Assembly: GCA_963726745.1 (NCBI GenBank) | Contig: CAVSDR010000003.1 | Location: forward strand, 544,001-608,000 | Origin: an uncultured Verrucomicrobiae bacterium | Lineage (GTDB): Bacteria; Verrucomicrobiota; Verrucomicrobiia; Chthoniobacterales; UBA10450 | Reading direction: 5' to 3' | DNA: 64,000 nt | Shown: piece by piece, positions 1-10,091 of the stretch | Layout of the letters: each line of letters opens with the position of its first letter | How positions within the stretch are numbered: position 1 is the first letter of the stretch | Notes under the pieces: generated by a model | What the model was told of the DNA's origin: nothing | Database searches by the model: none | What the model saw: the letters and a program-made list of their open reading frames with translations, nothing else | Position numbers and translations under genes: made by a program

Positions 1-1
1 G

Positions 2-1909
2 CTCTCCTTCGCCGGCGGACAGACGCTTTTTTACGACAACTCAAATGCTGGCGCCGGCACATTCACCAACGTCGGCGGCATCTTCGGTCCGCCGGGAACG
101 ATTGAATTTGCCGGCAACTCGAGCGCCGCCAATGGGACTTTCTACGTCACTGTATCCAACCGCGGCGGCCTGCTCAATTTCCGGAACAATGCCAGCGCTG
201 GCCAGGGGCATTTCTTCACGCCCGGCGGTGGCGGCGACGTGAACTTTTATAACTCCAGCACGGCTGCCAACTCGACCTTCAACCTCGCGAGCAACAGCAT
301 CAGCGGGCCCTTCGTTCGCTTCCGCGACCAGAGCAACGCAGGGAACGCCAGCTTCGACGTCAGTCCCAGTGGGAACCTGCAATTCTATGAGACCTCCAGC
401 GCGGCGCAGTCGCACATCGTCCTCCGCGGCTTCGGCGCCGGCCCAGGTGGTGGCGCTTCTCTTTACGTTCTCAGCACCCTCGGCAATTCCTTGGTCGACA
501 TGGAAGGTGCGACAGCTTCTTCCGGAACGCTGAACTCCGGCGGACCGGGCGCGAGCTTCAGCGGCAGCGCGGCCACGGCGGGAGACGCGGTCATCAATGT
601 AAAGGGCGGCACCGCGGCGGGAGCGGCGGGCGCCACCCTCCAGTTTGGCCAGTTCGCGACCGCGGGTAATGCGACGATCACGATCGGTGGCGGCAGCAAC
701 GGCGGCAGCGGCGGATCCGTTCTCTTCTCCGGCTACTACGGCCTCGTCAGCGGCGGGACTTCGCGCATCATTGCCAATGCCGGCGGCACCCTCCAGGTCA
801 GCGGGAACATTCCCAACGGCACGCCGGCGCCGGAAGGCACCTCTTTCGGCTCCATCGAAGGTGCCGGCACTTTCATCCTCGGCAATACCCTCCTCGTCAC
901 CGGCACCAGAAATACGAATACGACCGTCTCCGGCGTGATCACGGACGGCGGCTCAGGATTCAGCGCAGGCGGCATGTTAACCAAAGTCGGCAGCGGCACA
1001 TTCACCCTCAGCGGCCCAAACAGCTACACCGGCCTAACGAAGGTGAATGCCGGCAAACTCATCGTGAACGGCTCTATTCCCGGCGCAGTCCGGGTGGCCA
1101 GCGGCGCAACGCTCGGCGGCAGCGGAAGCATCGGCGGAGCCGTGACGCTTGACCCAGGCGGCATCCTCTCCCCGGGAAACAGCCCGGGAACGATCAGTCT
1201 GGGCTCGCTCGCGCTCGCGGCCGGCAGCAGCCTTCTGATGGAGATCGGCGGGACGACGCCCGGTACGACCTACGATGCGGTCAGCAGCGCGAGTAACATT
1301 TCCCTCGACGGCACCTTGACGATTAGCCTAACGAATGGTTTTACCCCTGCCCCGGGAAACACGTTCAACATCCTGACCGCCGCCGGCACGGTCAGCGGCG
1401 CATTCAGCAATGTCGTCAGCGGTGCGCGCCTGCACGACGCCGACGGGAGCGGCTCTTTCCTGGTCACAGTCAACAGCGGCGGCGTCACCCTCTCCTCGTA
1501 TCTTGGGCCTGCCTCCAATTTCAGCAGCTGGCAAAACGGGCATTTCACACCGCAGCAGCTGAACGACCCAACGATCAGCGGCCCGAACCAAGATCCTGAT
1601 GGGGATGGCGTATCGAACCTGCTCGAATACGCCCTCAACGGCGACCCACTCGACGCTGCCTCAAACAACCGTCCGGTGGAGTCACACGACGCGACTTATT
1701 TTTCGATCATTTACACCCGAGTGCTGGCTGCGAGCGACCTGGATTATCAAGTGCAACAAGCGACCAGTGTTGGTTCCTGGAGCAACGTGACGCCGGTAAA
1801 TCAAATTTTAAGCGACAACGGTTTCGTCCAGGTGATCAAAGCGCAGGTTCCGCGGAGCAATGCCCTCGGCGGAAAACTCTTCCTCCGGCTGAGCGTGACC
1901 AAACTGTGA
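2..1909 (+). CDS. Secreted Gly/Ser/Asn-rich beta-helix protein with autotransporter-associated beta-strand repeat (5'-truncated by window edge)
   Basis: Frame is open from position 2 (LSFAGGQTLFYDNSNAG...), upstream of the ORF-track start at 239. Repeats of FxxxSxAGNA type; LTKVGSGTFTLSGPNSYTGLTKVNAGKL repeat; DPDGDGVSNLLEY Ca-binding-like motif; ends KLFLRLSVTKL. Confidence 0.8.
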   Translation, partial: LSFAGGQTLFYDNSNAGAGTFTNVGGIFGPPGTIEFAGNSSAANGTFYVTVSNRGGLLNFRNNASAGQGHFFTPGGGGDVNFYNSSTAANSTFNLASNSISGPFVRFRDQSNAGNASFDVSPSGNLQFYETSSAAQSHIVLRGFGAGPGGGASLYVLSTLGNSLVDMEGATASSGTLNSGGPGASFSGSAATAGDAVINVKGGTAAGAAGATLQFGQFATAGNATITIGGGSNGGSGGSVLFSGYYGLVSGGTSRIIANAGGTLQVSGNIPNGTPAPEGTSFGSIEGAGTFILGNTLLVTGTRNTNTTVSGVITDGGSGFSAGGMLTKVGSGTFTLSGPNSYTGLTKVNAGKLIVNGSIPGAVRVASGATLGGSGSIGGAVTLDPGGILSPGNSPGTISLGSLALAAGSSLLMEIGGTTPGTTYDAVSSASNISLDGTLTISLTNGFTPAPGNTFNILTAAGTVSGAFSNVVSGARLHDADGSGSFLVTVNSGGVTLSSYLGPASNFSSWQNGHFTPQQLNDPTISGPNQDPDGDGVSNLLEYALNGDPLDAASNNRPVESHDATYFSIIYTRVLAASDLDYQVQQATSVGSWSNVTPVNQILSDNGFVQVIKAQVPRSNALGGKLFLRLSVTKL

Positions 1910-1930
1910 TCCTGTCGGCGCTGCGCGCCG

Positions 1931-3469
1931 CTATTTCACCTTCACGTTTTTGCGCAGGAAAGTTGGGACATCGAGGTCCTGGCCTTCCACGATCGTGGGC
2001 TCGCTTTTCTCGAAGCGGCCGCGAGTGACGCTCTCGAATTGCATTAGCTCCTGCTTGGCCACGGTGCGTTCCGGCTTGGGCGGACGAATCGGGGCCGGGG
2101 CGGGTTTGGTCTTCGGGAGGAGGACGCGCGGCTGCGCGGGCTCCGGCTCGAGCATCGGCGGCGGCTCGAGAGGTGCCGCTTCCACGGGTGGCTCCGGGGC
2201 GGGCTCCACCGTCGGCTGCCTAACGGGTTCTTCCTCGTCCACCGGCTCCGGGAAGGTGGCCTCGATCATCTGCAAGGGCGCTGGCTCCACGGCTTCCTCG
2301 AATTCCAAATTTCCCAGCGGGATTGGTTCCAATTCCGGCTCCGGCCCGGGCTCCAACTCCGGTTCTGTTTCTGTTTCCGGCTCCGGTTCGGGCTCGGGTT
2401 TCGGCTCCGGCGGGAGCTCCAACTGCGGCGTCGGCGGCACCATCTTGCTGGCTAATTTCCGCACGGGCTTCGGCGCGGCCACCACTCCGCCCTCGGCCGC
2501 GAGCGAGCTAATGATCGTGACCGCCATGCGGTTGCCCATGCGGCTATCGACGGCGGTGCCGAAAAAAATCTGCGTCTCGTCGCCCACGTGGCGATTGAGT
2601 TCGCCCATGAGAATCTCCACCTCGGAAAGCGTCATCCCCGGGCCGCCGGCCACATGCACGAGCACGCTGACCGCCTCCTCGAGCATCCGGCCGCGATCCA
2701 TCAACGGGTTCTTGAGCGCTTGGGTGAGTGCGTCGTGCGAGCGGTTGTCGGTCTCGGCTTCGCCGTAACCGAAGAGGCAGCGCGCGTTCGGATTGCGCAG
2801 CGCGGCCAGAAGATCGTCAAAGCCGATTCGCACGAGGCCAGGACGCTGGATAATGCCGGCAATCGCGCGCACGCTCTGCGTGATCGTGACATCCGCCGCA
2901 GCGAAAGCCTGATGCACGCCGGCCTTGGGCGCCACGATGTCGCCCATTTTGTCGTTCTCGAAACAGACGACCGCACTGCAGATCGCCTGCAACTGCGCGA
3001 GCGCCGCCGTGGCCTGCGCGTTGCGCCGTTTGCCCTCGAAACCGAAAGGCATGGTCGCGAAACAAATCACCATCGCGCCATTCTCGCGCGCCATCTCCGC
3101 GATGACCGGGGCTGCGCCCGAGCCGGTCCCGCCGCCCAGGCCCACACAGAGGAAAACCATCCGCGCATCGGCCAGGGCGTGGCGCAGCTCGTCGTTCGCT
3201 TCCCGCGCGGCTTCGTAACCGAGATCAGGATCGCCGCCCGCGCCAAGGCCGCGCGTGACCTCGCGGCCGAGTTGCACTTTGTGCGTCGCGACCGAGCTCG
3301 CGAGCGATTGCACGTCGGTGTTCGCGGCGATCAGGTCGCCCTTCTCCACGCCTTCGAGGACCATGCGATCGAGCACATTCGAGCCGGCGCCGCCTAGCCC
3401 GATGATCTTGATCGGGATGAGGTCGTCGTCTCTTTCCGGCAGCGTGTAATTGCGGTTCAGTTGGATCAT
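1931..3469 (-). CDS. ftsZ: Cell division protein FtsZ with long Pro/Glu-rich linker
   Basis: GLGGAGSN, NTDVQSL, GLGAGG, GGGTGSG tubulin signature, C-terminal DLDVPTFLR core; last gene of dcw cluster. Confidence 0.97.
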   Translation of the reverse strand: MIQLNRNYTLPERDDDLIPIKIIGLGGAGSNVLDRMVLEGVEKGDLIAANTDVQSLASSVATHKVQLGREVTRGLGAGGDPDLGYEAAREANDELRHALADARMVFLCVGLGGGTGSGAAPVIAEMARENGAMVICFATMPFGFEGKRRNAQATAALAQLQAICSAVVCFENDKMGDIVAPKAGVHQAFAAADVTITQSVRAIAGIIQRPGLVRIGFDDLLAALRNPNARCLFGYGEAETDNRSHDALTQALKNPLMDRGRMLEEAVSVLVHVAGGPGMTLSEVEILMGELNRHVGDETQIFFGTAVDSRMGNRMAVTIISSLAAEGGVVAAPKPVRKLASKMVPPTPQLELPPEPKPEPEPEPETETEPELEPGPEPELEPIPLGNLEFEEAVEPAPLQMIEATFPEPVDEEEPVRQPTVEPAPEPPVEAAPLEPPPMLEPEPAQPRVLLPKTKPAPAPIRPPKPERTVAKQELMQFESVTRGRFEKSEPTIVEGQDLDVPTFLRKNVKVK

Positions 3470-3492
3470 TTTCTTGGCTCCGAGTTTTTCCG

Positions 3493-4705
3493 TCAGCGCA
3501 TTCCACTAAACAATTTCCCAAACATCTGGCGCAGGCCGCCGCGCGGCTGGCGATCGCCCTGCACCGCCTGGGCATACTTAATCAAACCGATCGCGGTCGA
3601 GAACTGCGGATTCTCAAACGCGCTTGTGAGGCCGGACATGGTTTGCGCGTGCGCCTTCCGCGCCGGCATCTCGAAAATCTCCTCCGCCAGGTGCTCGATT
3701 CCGTTCAGGTGGCTGCAGCCGCCGGTGATGAAGATTCCTTCGCCGATGTAGTTGATGAAGCCCTCTTCATCGAGCTTCCGCTTGAGCAGCTCAAAGGTCT
3801 CGCGCAGGCGCAGATGGATGATCGTGTTCAAGGTCTCGCGCTCGATTTCCTTGCCCGCAAAACCCGAGTCGTCCTTGAGCGTGACTGTCTCGCCGGGGAG
3901 GCAATTCCCCAAGGTGACGCTGCCCTTCCTCGAGCTTTAATTTCTCCGCGCGCGTCATCGGGATGCGCAGGCCCATGGAGATGTCGTTCGTGATGTGATC
4001 GCCGCCGACCGCGAGGCAGCCGCTCTGCTTGATCGCACCGTCGACATATAAAATGTAGTCCGTCGTCCCGCCGCCGATGTCGATCACAAGCGCGCCGAGA
4101 TTCTTTTGATTCGGGGTTAACACGACCTGCGCGCCGGCGAGCGCGCTAAAGACCACGTCCTCGACATCGAGCGGCAGTTCGCGCACGCAGCGGATGGCGT
4201 TTTGGATGCGCGTGCGCACGCCGTGGATGATGTGGAAATCCGCCTCCAGCCGCTCGCCGAGCATGCCCACGGGATTGAGCACGCCCTCCTGTCCGTCGAC
4301 GTGATAGTGCTGGATAATCGAATGGAGGAAGGTGTTTGCCTGCGGGATGCTGACCTCGCGCGCGTTCAGCTTCACGTCGTCGACATCGGCCTCGTCGATC
4401 TCCTCGCGATCCTCCGGGAGCGTGACCAGGCCGCGATTATTGAAGCTCTGGATGTGCGAGCCGGTGACCGCGAGATAGACACTGCGGATCATCACATCGC
4501 TCTTTTCCTCGGCATCGACCACGGCCTCGTGGACGCACTTCATCGCGGTCTCGAAGTCGACGATCTCGCCCTTGCGGACCCCGCGCGACGGCGCCTGGCC
4601 CACGCCCAGGATCTTGATCGTGCCGTCGGGGCGCCCCTCGCCCACGACCACACAAATCTTGGCCGTGCCGATCTCCAGTCCTACCATCAAGTCGCTGCTT
4701 GCCAT
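3493..4705 (-). CDS. ftsA: Cell division protein FtsA, split by an apparent +1 frameshift at about 3923-3925
   Basis: ORFs 3791..4705 (GLEIGTAKI, VIDIGGGTT) and 3493..3912 (ITGGCS, FSTAIGL, amphipathic C-tail). Removing one G from GAAGGGCAGC joins them as EEGSVTLGNC. Confidence 0.9.
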
Positions 4706-4707
4706 CG

Positions 4708-5790
4708 TTAGTTTTTCCTTCCCCGTTCCACCGGCAGGGCCTTGCGAATCTTCGCCTCCGCGCCGGTTGTTTTCTCTTTGCTCGCCGGCAGCGGACTCCC
4801 CTTCGTCCCCGGATGCACCGGCGTTGCTCGCAAAATTTTCCCGTCATTCTCGGGATCAAAAGTGTCGTCGATCACTTCCGCGGCCGTCCTCGTGAAAGTC
4901 ACGGGAATGTTCCGCTCGACCAGGAGGTTGAGGGTCTCAATTTCGCGCCCGGAATCGTCCGCCCAGACGAGGAACTGCTCGAGGCGCCGGAGTTGATCCT
5001 CGAGATTATCGAAGCCGAAGGTCACGCGCGTGCGGTTCTTGTCCGTGACTACGAGGCAATAGCCCTTGGAAGCATCGATCGCGCGCACTTGGAAACGCGT
5101 CTGCATAAAGCTGCCCATGCTCAGGCGCAGCAGCTCGAGCGCAGCTTTGACTTCGAAGGATTCGATCCGCTTGCCGGCGCTCAAGGTCTCGTTCGCTGCA
5201 CCCGTGATCACCGGCAGGCCGAGGTATTCCGGGAGGAGTTTTTTCTCGCGCATGAGCGCGCCGCGCGCGTCCACCAGGAAGGATTCGTCGGAGGTGAAAG
5301 GGTCGGCTAATTCTTTCCCGCTGGTGATCCAGGCGACGGGCTTCCGCTCGGTGATGACGATGTTGATTTCGCCCGGGAGATTGCGCGTCACCTGCACGTC
5401 TTCCGCCTGCGGCAGCGCCTGCAGCTGGTCGTGCACCCGCGCGAGGTTCACGCTGAAAATGTTCTCGCCCTCGACCAGCTCGGCGGTGCGCAGGATTTGA
5501 TCGCGCTGCAGGGTGCCGTCGGTCCGCACTTCGATCTTGCTCAAGCGGTAATCGGGGTTGTCGAAGAAGAGGCGCTTCGCGCCAAAGCGCGCGCCGTAAA
5601 CCAGCCCGCCGACGACGAGGAAGGCGAGCAGGATCTTCGACGTGATCACGAGGATGCGCTTGTTCCGGTATTGCGTCGCCTTGTGCGAGCGCACCTTCAC
5701 GTCGAGCAAATGCTGCTGCCGGCGCTGGCGGGTGTTGCTCGCGCGGCGCTGGTTGCGAATGCGGCCACCGGTCTCCTGCATCAGGCTCAT
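4708..5790 (-). CDS. ftsQ: Cell division protein FtsQ/DivIB
   Basis: Basic N-tail, single TM helix, POTRA-like region, ITERKPVAW; lies between ddl and ftsA; start placed at the ATG overlapping the ddl stop. Confidence 0.9.
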   Translation of the reverse strand: MSLMQETGGRIRNQRRASNTRQRRQQHLLDVKVRSHKATQYRNKRILVITSKILLAFLVVGGLVYGARFGAKRLFFDNPDYRLSKIEVRTDGTLQRDQILRTAELVEGENIFSVNLARVHDQLQALPQAEDVQVTRNLPGEINIVITERKPVAWITSGKELADPFTSDESFLVDARGALMREKKLLPEYLGLPVITGAANETLSAGKRIESFEVKAALELLRLSMGSFMQTRFQVRAIDASKGYCLVVTDKNRTRVTFGFDNLEDQLRRLEQFLVWADDSGREIETLNLLVERNIPVTFTRTAAEVIDDTFDPENDGKILRATPVHPGTKGSPLPASKEKTTGAEAKIRKALPVERGRKN

Positions 5791-6713
5791 CGCGCCCTCC
5801 TTTGCGCGGCGGACAACTCGATGATGCGGGCACAGAGTTGCGCGTAACCGATGCCCGCGGCCGCAGCCGCTTCCGGGAGCAGGCTCGCCTCGGTCATCCC
5901 GGGAATGGTGTTGATCTCGAGCACGCTCGGGGCGCCGTCTTCCGGGAGCATCACATCGACGCGCGAATAGACTTTGAGGCCTAACGAGCGATGCGCCCGC
6001 AGCGCCAGCTCCTGGATTGCCTGCGTCTGCTCTTCCGGCAGATGCGCCGGGCACACATGCTGGGCGGCGCCGCCCGCGCCGGGATTGAGGAAAGGATACT
6101 TGTTCGTGAAATCGTAGAAGCCGCCCTTCGGGATGATCTCGATGATCGGGAGCGCCTGCTCCCCGAGCACGCCGACGGTCAGCTCGCGGCCGGGGACAAA
6201 CTTCTCGATCAGGATGCGCTCGTCGTATTGCGCCGCTTCCTCGAGATGCTGCGCGAGCGCGCCGCTTTCCTTCACGATGTAAACCCCCACGGTCGAACCT
6301 TGGCGCGGCGCCTTGATCACCAGCGGCAAAGAAAGTGTCGGCTGTTCGCCGGGGCGCACCACCTCCCACTCCGGCGTGGCGACCTGGCCGGCATCGAATT
6401 TTTCCTTCGAAAGAATCTTGTCGAACGCGATCCGGCTCTCCTCCACCCCTTCGCCGGTGTAATCGATTCCGCGATCTTCCAGGATCTGCTGCACCTGGCC
6501 GTCCTCGCCGAAAGTCCCGTGGAGCGCGATGAAGGCCAGCTCGGTCCCGGCGGGCAACTCAAAGTCCGCCCCGCGCACATCCACCTCGCTCACTTCCGCG
6601 CCTAACGAGCGCAATGCCCGGGCCACGCCGGCGCCGGTGGCGAGCGAGACCTCGCGTTCCGCGCCCGGTCCGCCTTTCAAGACGGCGATCTTTTTGCCTG
6701 CCACTTCGCTCAC
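5787..6713 (-). CDS. ddl: D-alanine--D-alanine ligase
   Basis: GGPGAEREVSL, ALHGTFGEDG, GSTVGV, FYDFTNKY, LEINTIPG. Confidence 0.97.
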   Translation of the reverse strand: MSEVAGKKIAVLKGGPGAEREVSLATGAGVARALRSLGAEVSEVDVRGADFELPAGTELAFIALHGTFGEDGQVQQILEDRGIDYTGEGVEESRIAFDKILSKEKFDAGQVATPEWEVVRPGEQPTLSLPLVIKAPRQGSTVGVYIVKESGALAQHLEEAAQYDERILIEKFVPGRELTVGVLGEQALPIIEIIPKGGFYDFTNKYPFLNPGAGGAAQHVCPAHLPEEQTQAIQELALRAHRSLGLKVYSRVDVMLPEDGAPSVLEINTIPGMTEASLLPEAAAAAGIGYAQLCARIIELSAAQRRAR

Positions 6714-9007
6714 GCTTCCTCCCCCACGATTTGCACTTCGGTTTCCAATTCGATCCCGCGCTGCTCGCGCGCGGCGGTCTTGATCCGGTGGATCAACTCC
6801 AGCACCTCCACTGCGGTCGCGCCGCCGTCGTTGACGATGAAATTTCCGTGCACTTCCGAGACGCGCGCCGGGCCGACGGCGCTGTTCTTTAGTCCCAATT
6901 CGTCGACTAATTTTCCCGCGGGGCAGGCGCCCGGGTTTTTGAAAATGCAGCCCGCGCTCGACGCCGCCGGCTGACTCGTGCGGCGCTTGTTTTGCGACTC
7001 GTCCAGCCGGCGCAGGATCTCGTCCTTCGAAGCCGGCAAGCCGCGGAAGACCGCGGAGACCGCGTAGTTTTTCTCCAGCGCCGGAACGTGCCGGTAGTGC
7101 ACCTCGAGTTCGGCCGCGGGCTTGATTTCCGCCTGGCCTTCGGCGTTGAGGAATCGCATCGAGACGACGTTGTCAAAAGTCTGCACGCCCATCGCGCCGG
7201 CGTTCATCCGCAGCGCGCCACCGACTTCGCCCGGGATGCCTTCCATCCATTCGAGCCCGCCGAGGCCGGCGGCTTTTCCGGCGTAGGCCACCTGCTTCAG
7301 TTTCGCGCCCACGCCGGCGGTGATCTCGTTGCCTAAAACCGTGATCCGCTCGAATTCGCCGCCTGCCGGATGCACGACCACGCCGCGAATGCCGCCGTCG
7401 CGCACGAGCAAATTCGAGCCGCGACCGATGACGAAGAGCGGCAGATTTTCCCGCCGGCAATAGCGAATGATCTCGGCGAACGCGCGCTCGTCGCGCGGCT
7501 CCACCCAGAATTGCGCCGGGCCGCCGACGCGCAAGGTGGTGTGCTTTGCCAGCGGCTCGTAAAGCCGGACGGCGCCTTCCGGGCCTACGATTTCGCGGAG
7601 TTGCTCGACGATCACGAGGTCGGCCGCGAGGAGCGAAAGCTGTTCATGGATGTTGCCCGCGCCCAGGCTGAGCACGAGGTCGCCGTCCTCGAGGTAATTC
7701 CCGAGGTCGCAGTGGAGTTGGCTCAGCCGCGGCTGGAATGTGACCTGCCGATGGCCGCGCGCCGCGATCTCATCCACGATCGTTTGCCCGGTGATCCCCG
7801 GAATGGGCGCTTCGCTCGCCGGGTAAACGTCGGCCACGAAGACGCGGTCGGCCTTTTCGAAAGCGGCGCCAAATTCCTTGCGCAGCGCTTTCGTGCGCGA
7901 GTAACGATGCGGCTGGAACATCGCGAGCACACGGTTGCGCCCGGCGGAACGTGCGGTCGCGAGCGTGGCGCGGATCTCGGTAGGATGGTGCGCGTAATCG
8001 TCCACCAAGAGATAGCGCGGGCTGGAATACTTGATCTCGAAACGCCGGCGCGCGTGCTGGAATTGGCCTAACGAGCTGACGATTTTCTCGAAGGGAACGC
8101 CCAGTTCGGTCGCGAGGGCGATCACGCCGAGCGCATTGCTCACGTTGTGCCGCCCGGGGACGTTCAGGACCGCTTCGCCGAGCTTTTCGCCGCGGCGAAA
8201 GACGCAGAAGACCGAGGCGAAATCGCGCAGCTCGATATCGGCGGCAAAATAGTCAGCACCTTCACGCAGCCCGTAGGAGACGACGCGCTCGCGGCCGCCG
8301 CAGAGGCGCGTGGCGTTGGCGTCATCCGCGCAGTAGAAAACCGTCCCGCTGGTCTGCGCGCAAAGTTGCGTGAAGACGGCATCGATCGCCGCGAGATCCT
8401 GGTAAAAGTCGAGATGCTCTTCCTCGATGTTCAGGATGAGCGCGTGCTCCGGATGGAAGAAGCGCAGGGTCCCATCGCTCTCGTCGCCTTCGGCGATGAA
8501 ATATTCGCCGCGCGGATTCCAATGCGCGTTCGAGCCCAGGATCGGAATCTCCGCGCCGACGTAATGTGACGGGTGCATCCCGCCTTCGCGGAAAACATGC
8601 GCCGCCATCGAGGAGGTGGTGGTCTTGCCGTGCATCCCCGCGATCACGATCCCGCGTTTACCCAGCATGATCGCAGCCAGCGCCTCGGCCCGGCGGATGG
8701 TCATGGTGCCGTTGGCGTGCGCCGCTGCGAGGATCGGGTTGTCCTTTTTGATCGCGGAAGAATAGACAACGAGCTCGGCATCGGCCGCGTCTTCCGCGAC
8801 GTGTTTCACGTGAAAGCGCAGGCCGAGACGCTGCAGGCGCGCGGTCTCCATCGAGCCCACGCGATCCGAGCCGCTGACCTGGTGACCGAGCTCGAGCAAG
8901 AGCGCGGCGATGCCGCTCATCCCGCTCCCGGCCACGCCTAACAAGTGGATGCGATGCCGCTCCTGCGTGAGCATTTTCTGGAGGGCAACGTCAGCGCCGG
9001 GCTTCAT
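6710..9007 (-). CDS. murC: Fused UDP-N-acetylmuramate--L-alanine ligase / UDP-N-acetylenolpyruvoylglucosamine reductase (MurC-MurB)
   Basis: N-part GVAGSGMS, GMHGKTTT, EGDESD, DDYAHHP, FQPHRYSR; C-part HTTLRVGGPA, GRGSNLL, MNAGA, SAGCIFKNP, HGNFIVN; one open frame. Confidence 0.95.
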   Translation of the reverse strand: MKPGADVALQKMLTQERHRIHLLGVAGSGMSGIAALLLELGHQVSGSDRVGSMETARLQRLGLRFHVKHVAEDAADAELVVYSSAIKKDNPILAAAHANGTMTIRRAEALAAIMLGKRGIVIAGMHGKTTTSSMAAHVFREGGMHPSHYVGAEIPILGSNAHWNPRGEYFIAEGDESDGTLRFFHPEHALILNIEEEHLDFYQDLAAIDAVFTQLCAQTSGTVFYCADDANATRLCGGRERVVSYGLREGADYFAADIELRDFASVFCVFRRGEKLGEAVLNVPGRHNVSNALGVIALATELGVPFEKIVSSLGQFQHARRRFEIKYSSPRYLLVDDYAHHPTEIRATLATARSAGRNRVLAMFQPHRYSRTKALRKEFGAAFEKADRVFVADVYPASEAPIPGITGQTIVDEIAARGHRQVTFQPRLSQLHCDLGNYLEDGDLVLSLGAGNIHEQLSLLAADLVIVEQLREIVGPEGAVRLYEPLAKHTTLRVGGPAQFWVEPRDERAFAEIIRYCRRENLPLFVIGRGSNLLVRDGGIRGVVVHPAGGEFERITVLGNEITAGVGAKLKQVAYAGKAAGLGGLEWMEGIPGEVGGALRMNAGAMGVQTFDNVVSMRFLNAEGQAEIKPAAELEVHYRHVPALEKNYAVSAVFRGLPASKDEILRRLDESQNKRRTSQPAASSAGCIFKNPGACPAGKLVDELGLKNSAVGPARVSEVHGNFIVNDGGATAVEVLELIHRIKTAAREQRGIELETEVQIVGEEA

Positions 9008-10089
9008 GCGTTGGTATATCGCTCCATGGTATCCGCGACAAGCGCAGCGGCGTTTTTTGGCGCGAGGCGCGCGCTCTTTTCCGCCATCTGCCGGCGGCGC
9101 GGCTCGTCCTCGAGTAATTCGCGAATGGTGCGCGCGAGCGCGTCGCCCGCGAGATCGGCTTCACGCACGAGCAGCGCCGCCTCGGCGCGGGCGAAAATCT
9201 CGGCGTTGCGCGTCTGGTGATCGTCGGCCGCGTAGGGAAACGGGATCAAGATTGAGGCGAGTGAAAAGGCCGCCAATTCCGTGAGGCTGGCCGCGCCGGA
9301 GCGGGCGATCGCGAAGTCGGCCGCGCTGTAGACTTCCTCCATTCGATGATGAAAAGCGGCCACGAAGGCGGGGATTTTTTCGCGCTGATAATTATCCGCC
9401 AGGAGACGTTCGTCGCGCGCGCCCGTGAGGTGGATCACCTGCAGCGGCACGCCCTGAAGCGCGGGGAGCGCGCGGATCATCGCCTGGTTGATTCCGGTCG
9501 CGCCCTGGCTCCCGCCCATGACCAAAAGCGTCGGCAAATTCTCCTCCAGGCCAAGCCGGCGGCGCGCTTCGCTGCGCTCGATCCGCTGGAGATCGGTGCG
9601 CACCGGCGTGCCGGTAAATTCCGTGCGCACTTTCGGGAAAAAGGGCGCGCATTCGGCGAAGCCAAGCAGGACCGCGCGGACCATGCGCGCGGTCAGGCGA
9701 TTGGCCTTTCCGGGCACGGCGTTCGACTCGTGGATGAAGGTGGGAATCTTGCGCATCCGCCCGGCGAGCACCGGCGCGGTGGAAGTGAAGCCGCCCATGC
9801 CGAGGACAACGTGGGGTTGAAATTGCCGGTAGATTTGGCGGCAGCGCGTGAGGCTTTCGTGGAAGCGCTGGAGAAAGCGGACGATCGCGGGCGAGAAGGG
9901 CGAAGGCAGGCCCACCGTGGGCAGCTTTTCGAAGCGGAACTCCGGATGCTGCGAGACCGCGAGCGAGTCGATTTCCTTCTCGGAAATGAAGAGCAGCACC
10001 TCGTGGCCGCGCGCGCGCAGGACCTCCGCGACCGCCAGGCCGGGAAAGAGATGGCCGCCGGTGCCGCCGCATGCAATGACTGCGTTCAT
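9004..10089 (-). CDS. murG: Lipid II GlcNAc transferase MurG
   Basis: GGTGGHLFP, HESNAVPGKANR, GGSQGA, RSGAAS, DHQTRNA. Confidence 0.97.
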   Translation of the reverse strand: MNAVIACGGTGGHLFPGLAVAEVLRARGHEVLLFISEKEIDSLAVSQHPEFRFEKLPTVGLPSPFSPAIVRFLQRFHESLTRCRQIYRQFQPHVVLGMGGFTSTAPVLAGRMRKIPTFIHESNAVPGKANRLTARMVRAVLLGFAECAPFFPKVRTEFTGTPVRTDLQRIERSEARRRLGLEENLPTLLVMGGSQGATGINQAMIRALPALQGVPLQVIHLTGARDERLLADNYQREKIPAFVAAFHHRMEEVYSAADFAIARSGAASLTELAAFSLASILIPFPYAADDHQTRNAEIFARAEAALLVREADLAGDALARTIRELLEDEPRRRQMAEKSARLAPKNAAALVADTMERYTNA

Positions 10090-10091
10090 CG

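Noticed and set aside
3915..3935. ftsA frameshift as pseudogene or programmed frameshift
   Set aside because: One extra base in a short G run restores an intact FtsA, both halves are undecayed, and a second indel occurs in the ccoO-like gene; an assembly error is the simplest explanation (needs read check)
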